Shown here: positions 49,854 through 62,161 of the stretch, piece by piece | Numbering within the stretch: position 1 is the first letter of the stretch | Layout of the letters: each line of letters opens with the position of its first letter | Origin: Octopus sinensis | Taxonomy: Eukaryota | Reading direction: 5' to 3' | Assembly (NCBI RefSeq): GCF_006345805.1 | Contig: NC_043002.1 | Coordinates: 81,902,001-81,966,000 of the forward strand | DNA: 64,000 nucleotides | Notes under the pieces: model-generated | What the model saw: the letters and a program-made list of their open reading frames with translations, nothing else | Told to the model about the DNA's origin: nothing | Databases searched by the model: none | Program-made: the position numbers and the translations under genes

Positions 49854-52484
49854 AATTTCACCTTCCTTGATCTGTCTATTCTGTCTTCTCAATCTGCACT
49901 CGCACAAATGTTTTCCAGCCTCTGTGCTTTACTGCCCCCCACCACCACCTCTACTCTCTTCTCTTTCCCTTTTCTCTCACACAAGTAGCTAATTGATGAT
50001 TCTAATTAGTTTCTAGTTTGCTTACATTAAATCCTTACATTGTGCTATAAAAAAGTATAGCTTAATGTGTGCATAAAGCATAGCATGAGGTTCTCGTTTC
50101 CTTCTTTCTTTTTTTTTTCTTTTTTTTAATAAATACTCGTATCTCTGTTAAGGGACTTTCTAAATTAATTAATTTTTTAAATAACTAAATCCTAACAAAA
50201 AAAAAAAAAAAAACAAAACAAGAAAAAAGGGTTTTAGTGAATCAAACAATTATAATGTGACATGAGTTAGCATAATAAAGTATACAGCAATTAACTAAAG
50301 TATTTTGTAGCATAATAATTAAAATATATATCTCTTGGAAATCACCCCAATAGACTCTCAGCTGTCTTGGTAAATCAAATTAAACTTTTAGGTTAAGGTT
50401 TTGTCATTAAGGTTCATACTGCACTCACTGCCAGTTATCATTGCTAGATTTACACATCCCAAAATATAGGAAATGTTTAATTCTTTTAGCATTCCACTTT
50501 CATCCAGTAGGCATTTTGATCATTTGTTTTAAATATATCTTTTCTTTCAATCTTCACATTTCCATCTGTGTGTGACAAGGAAAAGAAGGGGGAAAAAAAA
50601 GTGCTAAAACAAGAGTTGAAGAGAAGGACAAGGAGCACGGGGAAGGAGTGAGTGTATGATGATGGTGGTGGTGTCGGTGGTGGTGGTGGGATGTCAGTGC
50701 AGTAACAACCAGCTTATTGTGAGACTTAAATGGCCTAGTTATTCCAAAAAGCTGATTCCTTACAGCAAGTAGAATTAGTCCAAATATGGTTAACAGCTGT
50801 GAGTTTTCAACTTTAATGGCCTAATCTGATGTTAACATGTAAAGTGAGAGTAATTAAGAAGTCTGTGGCCCCCGTTCAGATTCTATTGTTTCCTTGTGAT
50901 GTAGTTACTTGCCTCAACCGGAAAAGATTCATTTATTATATACGACATATGAGATGAACTTGCAATTGTTAATGTCAGGTACCTGTGTTTTTAGTCGGTA
51001 GTTTGACTGCAAGTTGATTTCTGTGTTTCAGTTGCCAATCTGTCTTTGGTTGAGGAACATTCATGTTTTGAAGTTATTCTTTGCTTAGATATGTCAAGTT
51101 TATTGAGGCATAGAGATAATACCAATTCTATGTTTTTCAGGATACATCATTACTGAAATAACCATGAAATTTAATTTTGATTTTAAAAGATTAAAGAAAG
51201 TACAAAAAGAAAAAGAAAGTCAGTGATGTAGGATTAGAGAAACCTCAATCTAGTCTGCTTCAACAGAATTTCATCATCATCGAACATCAGACATCATCAT
51301 CTGCTTGCCATGCTAGGTTCCACTTGTCTGTTTTAGCTTGGTTTCTATGGCTGGATGCCCTTTCTAATGCTAACCACTACACAGAGTGTACTGTTTTGTT
51401 TTTATTTGTACATGGCACCAGCATCAGTGCTTTTATGTACCACCAGCAAAGGCACTAAAATCATTTTTAAAAATTGGTCTTTTGCATTTGATATCAATAT
51501 GGTAATAGGTGTGGCTATGTTGTTAAGAAATTTGTTTCGCAGTAACAATGATTCTGGGTTTTGATTCTGTCTTGAGCAAGTATTTTCTGCCATAGCCTCT
51601 GGTTGACTAATACTTTGTGAGTGAAATTTAAGGGATGGAAACTTTGCATGCATGCACACACTCATGTATGTGTGTGCACATGCACATATACATTTGCACA
51701 TATATGTTCATCACCAATGGTATATCAGTCAATCAAACTGGTGTTCTTTCAATGAAGTTGTTTGTATCAACTTAGATACACCCCAGCAAACCAACGATTG
51801 ACTCTAGTGGAAACCTGCAACCATTGAAGGTATTATTCACAAAATTATTATATATAAAAAAGACACACAAATAAAGCTAGGAACTTTTTTTCTAAGTTAC
51901 CATAAGATATCACAGAGGTGTGTGTGTGAGAGAGAGAGAGAGAGAGAAAGAGAAGAGAGATTCATCTCTGAATGATTTGTGGAGAGTTTTATGCTCTTTC
52001 TGATCAAAGATGCAGCATGCCTACATTAAAGGCTGTGGAAGGGGCCAGCTATACTCAGCCATTAAAATTAAACCCCACCACCTTAGAATGTAATAAATAT
52101 TTGAGGTTTGTCTTTTTGCTTTGCAGACTCTCTTGTGACATCCTGTGAAATGAAACAGTTTTCAAAACTTCTCTGAGTTTGATATATATATATATATATA
52201 TATATATTGTGTGTGTGTGTGTGTGTGTATTAAGAAAAGAAAACCAAAAGGGGGAGAAAAAAATTAATATTCGGGGTGGTGTGTGGTGGCGGAGGTTGTC
52301 CCTGAGACATGATTTGTCGTTTTTGTGGTGGGTGGTTTGACTTTCTTCCTTTGAAAGAAAAACTGTGTAATAATAAACTATTTAGAAGAAGAAAATTGAT
52401 ATGGTTCAATTTTCACTCATCATACATCCTATATCATCCCTGCCTTACAAACTAGCTAAGTATTTGTAGACATCCTTGTATTTC

Positions 52485-52533
<49 letters not shown>

Positions 52534-53819
52534 TTTCTACTTTCTATTACTTTTTCCCTTTTGTAGTTGGCTGGTTATTTCTCATTGCATGTGTGTCTGT
52601 GTATTAATGTTCTGTATCATCTGAGAAATAAGCTCTTCTCTATGTTGTGCTCTCATGTCACCTATTTTTTCCTCTTTCCATATATTCCCATTTCATTTAG
52701 CTGAATTTTTTTTTCCCCTATCTCTCACTCTCTCTCTCTCTCTCTCTCTCTTGATATTTATTTACTGTCCAAGACCATAATACACACAGCACCTCCTCCT
52801 CCTCCTGGAAACAATATTTCAAAGTAAAGCCCCTATGCTTGGGTTGTTATCTATAAATTATTATTTTTCCATGCCAACTATGGAACATTTTTTTCACACC
52901 CAACTCCTTATTTTTCATTTTTTTTTTTCCATTTTCATAAGTTATGGAAAAGTAAAATAAAACCTTGATTTATTGAATATTTTTTTCATCATCAACAGCA
53001 ATGGTTATTCATTCATTCATTTATTTATTATTACTATCATCATCATCATTATTTTTATTATTTTCCTTCTCTCCTTACTAAATCTATTTTGCTATGCAAT
53101 TTGATATGTACAAATCAATCTCTGTTCATTGCTAATTCTTTTATTTTTATATACTTTGAGTTTTATTACAGATCTTGTTGTTATTGTTGTTATCATCTTT
53201 TATTATTATTATTATATTTTGTCATTGCCATTTAGGGGAAATGCATTTTGCTATGATGTATTCTTAAGGTTGACATTATTTCTTGAAATCTAGTGAAGGA
53301 ATATATTAAAGTAATATTAATCAATATTTGGAATTTTGTAGGGCTTTTTAAAAAAAAAAATATCTGCACGTGTGTGTGTGTTAAGTTACTCATATTTTGT
53401 CTGTTAGGTTTACTTTTAAATAAAGCAGAGAAATATGATGGGGGTGGGGGAAGAAAAAGAACAGTCTTAAAGGGTTTCAATTTCACAACAATAAAAAATA
53501 CATTGATCTGTTTACAGTGACTATTGCTTTTCCATTTTTTTTACTTTTGTTTTTGTTTGTTACATTTCTTTATTCATTTATTTTTCTCTTTGGGTGGGAT
53601 CAGAGTATCAAGTAATGTAGATTTATCTATATAAGCTCTAACCCACCCCACTCTGTGTTATATATCTTTAGAGTAGGCAAATTTATAAGCTACAGTGTAC
53701 CCAATACATATAATTATCATGAGCTCCTCAGTAAACTATTAGACTACAATACTGACAATGTGGTTTCAATCCTAATTATCAGCTGGAGTTTTATTTATTT
53801 CTAATGCTTCATTAAAATG

Positions 53820-54270
53820 AGCATGGCAGTACGGTTAAAAAGTTTGCTTCCCAACCACATGGTTTCAGGTTCATTCCCTCGCTTGGCACCTTAGGCTAGT
53901 GTCTTTTACTATAGGCTCAAATCAACCAAAAAAACTTGTGAGTGGATTTGGTAGATGGAAAATGACAGAAGCCTGTTTTGTGAGTGTGTGTGTGCACATG
54001 CGCATGCATACATACATACACACATACACACACACACACAATGTGTGTGTTTGTGTTTCATTGTCTTGACTTGGCGTGATTGTCGTAACCGAATGGCATT
54101 CGTTTCCAATATTCTGCTCAAACATATCAGGCCATGAGCAGATGTTACTTCACTTGGAATCATGCAAGAGTTAGCTACAGGAAGGGCATCCAGTTGTAGA
54201 AGGTCTACTTCAATAATGTCCATCTGACCCATGCAAGTATAGAAAAGTGTACATTAAAATGATGATGAAA
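53820..54270 (+). mobile_element. SINE with family A head and alternative 3' module (A2)
   Basis: A head, microsatellite, then a module with CAGGAAGGGCATCCAG and a (GAT)n tail; similar layout at ~61250-61640 and 63510-63905. Confidence 0.7.
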
Positions 54271-55895
54271 ATCCTATGAAAATAAGACATTAACAATTAT
54301 AAGCACCAGTTCAACAGAACAGAGCAACAAGTGTGTAATTTCTGTCTGAAACTGGTGCTTATATTAAACAGAATTTGCAGTGAAGTCTTAGTTAATTTGC
54401 TAATTAACCTTGAAAAATATTCCTCAAGATGCAATAGCTAATAGTCAGACACCATTATTGAACTGACTTATCTTATTTTCTCTTTAGCAAACCACACCTT
54501 ATGTGCAGTTATTATACCCCAAGTTATTCTTCTCAGTTCACTAAAGTTCCCATTTGTAGAATGATCTTGAAGGAGTACAATAACAAGAGTTAAGCTTGTA
54601 ACATGTGCTGGCATCCATCCAAACTGTACTTTGATGTGTGTTTGCTTTTAGAGGAGCCAAAATAAAAAATAAAAAAATCTATGCAGCACAAAAAGATAAG
54701 AGGGTGGGGAAGAAAAGCTGTCTCTACCTCCCATTAGATGACATAGCATAGCAGATCAGAGGGTATATCTTTTAAAGGATTATGGATTTCATTAAGTTGT
54801 TAATCCTTTGAAGGTTTTTCATTGTACACATGGCTACATCTAAGGGCTGTCAGATCATCAAAATATGTGTGGTTGGGTGATGTTGTTTTTCCTTTTTCTT
54901 TTCTGGCTATCACCATCAGATGTTGACAAAAGAAATCTCTTGCTATCAAAATAAGAAAGAAGGAAGAAAGAGAAGGAGAAAGAAATGTTTCTTTAGGTCA
55001 CTCATTTATTTTGTCATTTGGTACAATATTCTTCGGTATTGTCATTTCATTTCAAGAAATGTAATAAGATAATTCAAAAGTACTGCTAAAATATTCAAGC
55101 TTATTGTGTAAATTGAACTAACCCAATTTTGTTAAATAGATCCTTCATTAAGATATTTACCCTTCTTATTCTTTCTCCTCTTTCTTTTCTCTCTACTCTT
55201 TCTTTCTTCATTGGCCCTTTCTTTCCTGTTGAACATTTTTGCAATTTCAAGTAACTGTTTGGATACTTTTTCCGTTTTTTTTCTCTCTCCCTTCTTTTTT
55301 TTCTTTTCTTTTTCTGTTCTCAAAGAGGTAATGTTACCCAAGAGAGAATAGTTTGTTATTTTAAAGGGAGGGATGTATGGTTTAACTATTTTGGCAGCTT
55401 ACAGTTTTGCAGATGGGAGAAAGGGTAGGTTCTGCATATTCCTGTGTGTTTTGTTTGTTTGTCGCTACATGACCAATCAAAAATTTTCACTTTATCAGTC
55501 CTTTACCATCGAAAAAGCTTGCTGTCATGATGGTGGTGTCAATGGCTGTGGCAGTGGTGGCAAATCTGACACTGATACCACCATTGACTTGGGGCGTGTA
55601 ACTATGTTTTCATGGAAAAAATTGAGTCGAAAGGTTGTAGACAAATAGATCAGCAAGACATTGTGTTATGAGAAAAATATAATATTTAATAACATTATTA
55701 ACTTTAAAGCTGGTGTAAAGCCAAACATTTGAAGCAGGGGGTGTAGTTAATCGCTTCATCCTCGTCTATGCAGGATGATACTTTTTCAATTCCAGAAGGC
55801 TGAAAAATAGTAAAGTTGACCTCAGATGAATTTGAAACGGATCCTCAATGTGTACGCTAGGTTGCAACATTTATAAGTCATAAGTATAGAGAATT

Positions 55896-56043
55896 GGAGT
55901 GGCTGTGTGATAAGAAGCTTGCTTCTCAACCACATGGTTCCAGGTTCAGTCCCACTGTGTGGCACCATAGGCAAGTGTCTTCTACTATAACCTCAGGCTG
56001 ACTAAAGCCTTGTGTATGTGTATGTGTGTGTGTCTATATATAT

Positions 56044-56085
<42 letters not shown>

Positions 56086-56142
56086 ATGTAACAAAATTTT
56101 ATAGAGAATTACCCAAGGTTTTGCACCCACAATGACACTGAC

Positions 56143-56181
<39 letters not shown>

Positions 56182-56372
56182 TTGTCCCCTACCATCACTT
56201 GATAACTGATATTGGTGTGTTTATGTCCCTGTAACTGAGTAAGTCCAGCAAAAGAAACTGATAGAATAAGTACTAGGCTTACAAAGATTAAGTCCTGGGG
56301 TCAGTTTGTTCAACTAAAGGTGGTGCTCCAGCATGGCCACAGTCAAATGACTGAACCAAGTGAAAGAATAAA
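55896..56372 (+). mobile_element. SINE family A
   Basis: Head, expanded (TA)/(TG) interior and tail are all present. Confidence 0.85.
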
Positions 56373-56598
56373 ATTGAATCCCACCCACTTGAGATACCTG
56401 GTACATATTTTATATTTTATTGATCCTCACAGGGTGAAAGCAAAGTTTTTTTTCAAGCCACATTTGAATGGACTATAAAATGTGGTAACTAAATCCTCAG
56501 AGCATTTAATCTGACACTATAATATTTCTGCCATTCTATCACCCTATCAATTGTAATAATTTCCTTATTTCATGGAATCTGTTTCTTCCTAGTATTTA

Positions 56599-56948
56599 TT
56601 CTTTTACTTGTTTCAGTCATTTGACTGCAGCCATGTTGGAGCACTGCCTTTTGTCAAGCAAATCAACCCCAGGACTTATTCTTTGTAAGCCTAGTACTTA
56701 TTCTATTGGTCTCTTTTGCCGAACCGCTAAGTTATGGGGACGTAAACACACCAACATCGGTTGTCAAGCAATGTTGGGCGGGACAAACACAACCATACAC
56801 ACACACATAGTATATATATATGACGGGCTTCTTTCAGTTTCCGTCTACCAAATCCACTCACAAGGCATTGGTCGGCCCTAGGCTAAGAAGACACTGGAGC
56901 CATGTGGTTAGTAAGCAAGCTAGTTACCACACAGCCACTCCTGCGCCT
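56599..56948 (-). mobile_element. SINE family A, tail-to-tail with the preceding copy
   Basis: Reverse-orientation near-full copy with a deletion in the head. Confidence 0.88.
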
Positions 56949-56999
56949 GTTGTTTACTCCTTTAGTATTCAGATTACTCTGTCAAATGTAATGCATATT

Positions 57000-57177
57000 T
57001 AATTACACTGTTTTTAATTAATCATGTATCATCTCGTAGTTTTGAGATTTTGATGATGCGATTGCTTTTTTTTAGAATGACATTGTAGGATTGGTGTGAG
57101 AAATTGGATCTAGCTAGTTTCAATATAAAACTGGTAGAATATCTGAGCCAAATATGGTCAGTTTATATACTGAATGG
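57000..57177 (-). mobile_element. MITE family P1, diverged
   Basis: Reverse match to 47136-47357; ends in TGG|TTAA. Confidence 0.65.
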
Positions 57178-57609
57178 TTAAAACTCATTAGTTGGCAAAC
57201 TGATAGAAACATTACCATGCCAGACAAATGCTTAGTTTCAGCTCTTTAGGTTCTGGGTCTACATTATACCAAGATCAACTTTGCTTCCACCCTTTTGGGG
57301 TTGTTAGAATAAAAAATGCTTAGTTGCATTCCTTTTAGCTCTTTATAGGTTCTGGGTTCACATTCTTTCAAGTTTGACTTTGCCTTCACTCTTTCAGTGT
57401 TGTTAAAATAAGTACTAGTTATGTATTAGGGTGGGCGTAATCAGTTTGTCCCCATCCCTTAAAATTGCGGGCTTTGTACCAAAATTAGAAAGCGTTATTT
57501 AAAGTTCACTTTTGATCCATATCTAAAAAGAAAAAAACTAAAAAAAACATATATCGTTGCATTTGTTCATAGAAGATTTTATTAATAAAAATATTTTGGA
57601 AAATTTTAA

Positions 57610-57933
57610 CCCTTAAACAGAAGGAAATAGTTATATGAATGTGTGTGCCAAACAGGCAAAAAGCAAAAAAAAAAAGAAAAGAAAGAAAGAAAGACATCTT
57701 TTTTTTCTTAAGAGGAATTTTTATACTTATTTTCACTTTAAATAAGTACAAAAGCTGTAATAATTGTTAGTCTCTCGCACAATAAAATTTAAAATCTCAT
57801 TATTGAAAAGTGCCATAAAATATTCACTTTTCTTTGATGATGGCCGTATCCATGTAAATTTTTTGAAACATCAATTGATAATGTCCGCTGTTCTTTAATG
57901 AAACATCAATTGATGATGTCCATTGTTTAAGGG
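57610..57933. mobile_element. TTAA-type MITE family P3
   Basis: TTAA|CCCTTAAACA ... TGTTTAAGGG|TTAA (10-bp perfect TIR); two subterminal GAAACATCAATTGAT(A/G)ATGTCC repeats. Confidence 0.75.
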
Positions 57934-58164
57934 TTAATAAAGAGAAGAAACAAAATGCGATTTGATGGAACGGTAGAATCATTACAACCTTGGACAGAAT
58001 ATTTTGTGGAATTTGTTTTGACTCTTCATGTTCTGAGTTCAAGTTCTGCAGAAATCAGTTATGTTTTTCATCCTTTTGGCGTTGGTAAAATAAAATACCT
58101 GTGAAGTACTGAGTCAATAGTTTCAATTTACTCAATCCCTCAAAATTCTGGATTCACGCTTAAA

Positions 58165-58353
58165 CTGTTAGCATTCACATTACGCTGTTTGAATTAATCA
58201 TGCATTATCTTGTAGTTTAGAGATTTCAATGATGTGCTTGTTTAGTTTTAAAATGGCATTGTAGGGTTGGTTTGAAAGGCTAGATCTTGTTGGTTTCAAC
58301 ATAAAATAGATTAAATATTTTGGCCTGGTATGGTTGATTTAAATGCTAAAGGG
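58165..58353 (-). mobile_element. MITE family P1, diverged
   Basis: Reverse match ending TTTAAATGCTAAAGGG. Confidence 0.7.
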
Positions 58354-58489
58354 TTGAGTTAGAAATAATTATAGAGTTCAAGATAAACTTTGCCTTCATA
58401 ATTAATAAGCTAAAGTAATTAACCAATGTAATCAACTAACTACCCCTCCCCTCAAAATTTCTGACCTTGTGTCTAAGAAACAATTGAAG

Positions 58490-58927
58490 GGTGGTGGAGT
58501 GTCAGACAAAATGCTTTGTAATATTTCTTCCTGATTTTAAAATTCCGCCTAGGTCAACTTTACCTTTCATCCTTTCAGGGTCGATAAATTAAGTACCTAT
58601 TTCTTTATTACCCACAAGGGGTTAAACATAGAGGGAACAAACAATGACAGGCATAGGTATTAAGTTGATTACATCGACCCCAGTGCGTAACTGGTACTTA
58701 ATTTATTGACCCCAAAAGGATGAAAGGCAAAGTCGACCTCTGCGGAATTTGAACTCACAACGTAACGGCAGACGAAATACTGCTAAGCATTTTGCCCGGC
58801 GTGCTAACGTTTCTGCCAGCTCGCCGCATTAAGATAAATTAAGTACCAGTTGAGTACTGTGGTCAGTCTAATCAACTGGGCCCCTTCCCCAAAAATTTTG
58901 GGCCTTGTGCCTAGAGTAGAAAAGAAT
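58490..58927 (+). mobile_element. SINE B2 host interrupted by an antisense SINE B1
   Basis: Host core stops at 58597 and resumes at 58833. Confidence 0.85.
58598..58832 (-). mobile_element. SINE family B1 with 15-bp TSD
   Basis: GATAAATTAAGTACC duplicated at 58583-58597 and 58833-58847. Confidence 0.92.
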
Positions 58928-59659
58928 ATTTGTTCCTGCTCTGTACATTCTGATTTCAAATCCTGACAAATTCAACTGTTTTTCACTCTTTAGAACTCAA
59001 TAGAATACCAGTTATGCATTGAGGTTGATGGCATCAACTTGACACTTCTCTTAAAAATTGCTGGCCTTGTGCCTAAATTAGAGACAATTATATTTGTATT
59101 ATTCTTTATTTATTCATTTAGTTTATCTGTGTTTTGATATTATCAGTTCTCCCCCTCTACTCTTGCATTTCTTTTCACCTCCTTTAACTGATAAGCTGAC
59201 TGGTTGATTTGACAGATTCCATGAAAAATTTGCCTGCAGCTGATCCATGGCATATAACCATAAACTAATTTTCTATCAACTTATTTAGTATCAGCTCTCT
59301 TAATAGTACGCTTTAATACCTACAGCGGCTGTAACAAGCACAGCAGTTGTTTGGGTTTGATAATGCAGCAGCAACAGCAAGCTTTTGTTGTGTTGGTGAT
59401 GGCAGAGAGGACTTAACAACTGCTGGCCTTAAACTGACATAAATAATAAGATTGCTATGCCTATCATTTCTAATTTGACTCACACAGCCAACATGTTGAT
59501 TTACACACAATGGTATTCACAAGCCCTTTAAGACAATGTTTTTAATGTCATGATGTAACCGATCTAAGAAGATTTTCTCATTCACGGCTGTCTTCATACC
59601 TCCCTCTTTCTCTCTTTCACCGTCTCTCTATCTGTCTATCTGTCTATCTCTATTTGCAG

Positions 59660-59673
59660 ATCTCTTATAACAG
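59660..59673 (+). other. Candidate 14-nt microexon
   Basis: Long pyrimidine tract, then tttgcag|ATCTCTTATAACAG|gtaaat; open in phase 0 (ISYN-) and phase 2 (-SLIT-). Confidence 0.35.
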
Positions 59674-59972
59674 GTAAATCACTCGCTCACTTGTCTAGTT
59701 AATATTAATTTGCATCTTATGAAAACACTTAAACACCAATTTTTTGTTTGTTTTAATTGATAAATAAAATTTAATTTATCACTACTATTCCATTTCCTGA
59801 GCTTAATATTCTTGCTTGCGGTATATTGTTCTGACATTTCAAGTTCAATTCCTGCTCAAGTCAACTTCTCTTCCCATCTTTTTCCAGAAGTCAATAATAA
59901 TATAAAGTAATGTTCAAGTACCGGGTTCAATATAACTAAATCCCCTTCCTCAAAGTTTGTAACTTCATGCCG

Positions 59973-60133
59973 TCTTCTTTTTCTTCTTCTTCTTCTTCTT
60001 CTTCTCTTCTTCTTCTTCTTCTTCTCTTCTTCTTCTTCTTCTTCTTCTTCTTCTCCTCCTCCTCCTCCTCCTCCTCCTCCTCCATCTCCATCATCACTAT
60101 CACTACCATCATCATCATCATCATCAACAACAA
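59973..60133. repeat. Graded trinucleotide array (CTT)n-(CCT)n-(CAT)n-(CAA)n
   Basis: Directly visible; source of the spurious poly-E/K/R and poly-S/L/F ORFs in the track. Confidence 0.95.
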
Positions 60134-60134
60134 T

Positions 60135-60545
60135 GTGGTGAGTTGGCAGAATCATTAGCACACCAGGCAAAATGCTTAGCTGCAGTTTACCTGCCTTTAC
60201 ATTCTGATTTCAAATCTTGCCAAGGTCAACTTTGCCTTTCATCCTTTCAGGAGGGTTGACAAATTAAGTACCAGTTGATCGATGGGGGTTTATATAATCA
60301 ATTTATCCCCCTTCCTCTGAAACTGTTGACCTTGTGCCAAAATTTTAAACCATCATCATTATTATTATTATTATTATTATTAAAGGTGATGAACTGGCAG
60401 AATCATTCATGAGCTCGGCAAAATGCTTTGTGGCATTTTGTCTGTCTTTATGCTCTAAGTTCACATTCTGCTGAAGTTGATGTAATAGACTTTTTCCCCC
60501 TTCCCCTAAAAATTGCTGGCCTTGTGCCAAAATTTGAAACTTATT
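60135..60545 (+). mobile_element. Two diverged tandem SINE B copies
   Basis: B heads at ~60135 and ~60383, separated by an (ATT)n tail. Confidence 0.75.
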
Positions 60546-60977
60546 ATTTCTGGAACATTCAGAATCTTTAATTGCATTTTCCCCCTTTCTTTCTTTACCC
60601 CATTCCACTGTTTCTCCCTTACTTTTTCATATTAAGATCTGACTTGTATCATCTATAGTTGAATTTCATTAATTAATATCAAAATTAAGCCATATAAGGT
60701 AAGTTTTTATAACTATATGACATCGTTTCTCACCATGTAGGTCTTCAGTATTTGACCTTATCATGAGTGTAAAGGGTGGCTAGGCATGTAGTGATGTCGT
60801 ATTGCCTCCTACCCATTTCCATGAATATCTTTGCTTAATTTTCTCTAGTAATCTATGAAATTTCAGCATTTGATTTCATTAATCAATTGTTAATTACCTT
60901 TAGTTCATATCATATATCTTCAAAAGAAAACATTGCCTCTATATAACAGTAGTTTATATATATATATATATATATAT

Positions 60978-61186
60978 AAAGGGAAATTTTTACGAAAATA
61001 AACAAAGGACGAAGGCAGGTGGAGTACAAACAAACAAATGTATTAGTATAGCACTCAGGAATAGAAAAAGTATTTTACGTTTCGAGCCTACGCTCTTCAA
61101 CAGAAAGATACACAGAAAAAAAACAGGGAGAGAAACAAGGAGAGAAAAAGTGCACATAGGAGCTAACGATCTATCATGGCATCCTG
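60978..61186 (-). mobile_element. ~200-bp element with hammerhead-like motif, copy 3
   Basis: Colinear with copies 1 and 2; (TA)n tracts on both sides. Confidence 0.8.
61072..61107 (-). ncRNA. Minimal type-I hammerhead-ribozyme-like motif (U6 variant)
   Basis: Minus strand reads CTTT-CTGTTGA-A-GAGC-GTAG-GCTC-GAAAC-GTA-AAAT. Confidence 0.5.
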
Positions 61187-61199
61187 ATATATATATATA

Positions 61200-61242
<43 letters not shown>

Positions 61243-61383
61243 GACAGTGCAGTTAATAAGTTTGATTTGTAACCTCATGGTTTTGAGTTCAGTCCCACTG
61301 CATGGCACTTTGGGCAAGTGTCTTTTACTGACCGAAGCCTTGTGACTTTAGGAGATAGACAAATCAAAGAAGCTTACTCTGTG

Positions 61384-61416
<33 letters not shown>

Positions 61417-61711
61417 TTACAGTTCCACTTATCTGGTAATTACTGAGCTCCAAACAAACAGGCTCATTGTCATTTTCTCCTGTCAGCAAATTACCTGCTG
61501 GCTTTGGCTTTTCCAAGATGTGTGGAATAAGAGATCTGTCACTTGTTAAACAGGTAAACAAAAGTGACAGAAAAGGCATCCAGCAGTGGAATAGTCTTGA
61601 CTTTAATTGTCTAATGTAGGGGCATAGACATAAACATGTAAACAAGGTGCCTTTGTGGCTCTGATTTTACTTAGACACACACACACGCATACGTAGATGT
61701 ATATGTGTGTA

Positions 61712-61807
<96 letters not shown>

Positions 61808-62031
61808 ATTGGTGAAAATGGTAAGATAACAAAAGAAAGAAAGCGACCTCAATATTATGTAAATAGAGGAAATTTATCTATAAAATAATATGTTACAATT
61901 ACTCAATAGTCAAGATAAAACTCTGAGTTTCAGATGCCGAAGAGATGGTGTTGTGGTTTTCCACTTCGGCATCTGAAACTCAGAGTTTTATCTTGACTAT
62001 TGAGTAATTGTAACATATTATTTTATAGATA
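61808..62031. mobile_element. Palindromic (foldback) element in (TA)n, apparently truncated on the right
   Basis: 68-bp perfect inverted repeat 61875-61942 / 61964-62031 with a 21-nt loop; ~65 bp of unpaired left extension. Confidence 0.75.
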
Positions 62032-62129
62032 TATATATATATAGATGAATGAATGTGTGCATATTATATATAATTATGCATATACATAGTATATTTATAT
62101 GTGTATAAGCATGCATATTTATGTGTGTT

Positions 62130-62161
<32 letters not shown>

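Noticed and set aside
50905-50978. Purple acid phosphatase-like PEKIHL motif in a candidate exon
   Set aside because: The resemblance covers only a few residues, and no metallophosphoesterase exons are visible downstream.
59324-59433. Minus-strand exon LRPAVVKSSLPSPTQQKLAVAAALSNPNNCCACYSR
   Set aside because: The donor is weak (T|gtaggt), the sequence is CAG/GCT low-complexity, and its phase does not join the other minus-strand candidates.
59856-60170. Acidic/basic poly-D/G/E/K/R ORF resembling a nucleolar protein
   Set aside because: It is the reverse translation of a trinucleotide microsatellite flanked by SINE sequence.
60637-60698. Coding exon ending at the perfect donor AAG|gtaagt
   Set aside because: All frames from the nearby good acceptors contain stops; at most it is non-coding.
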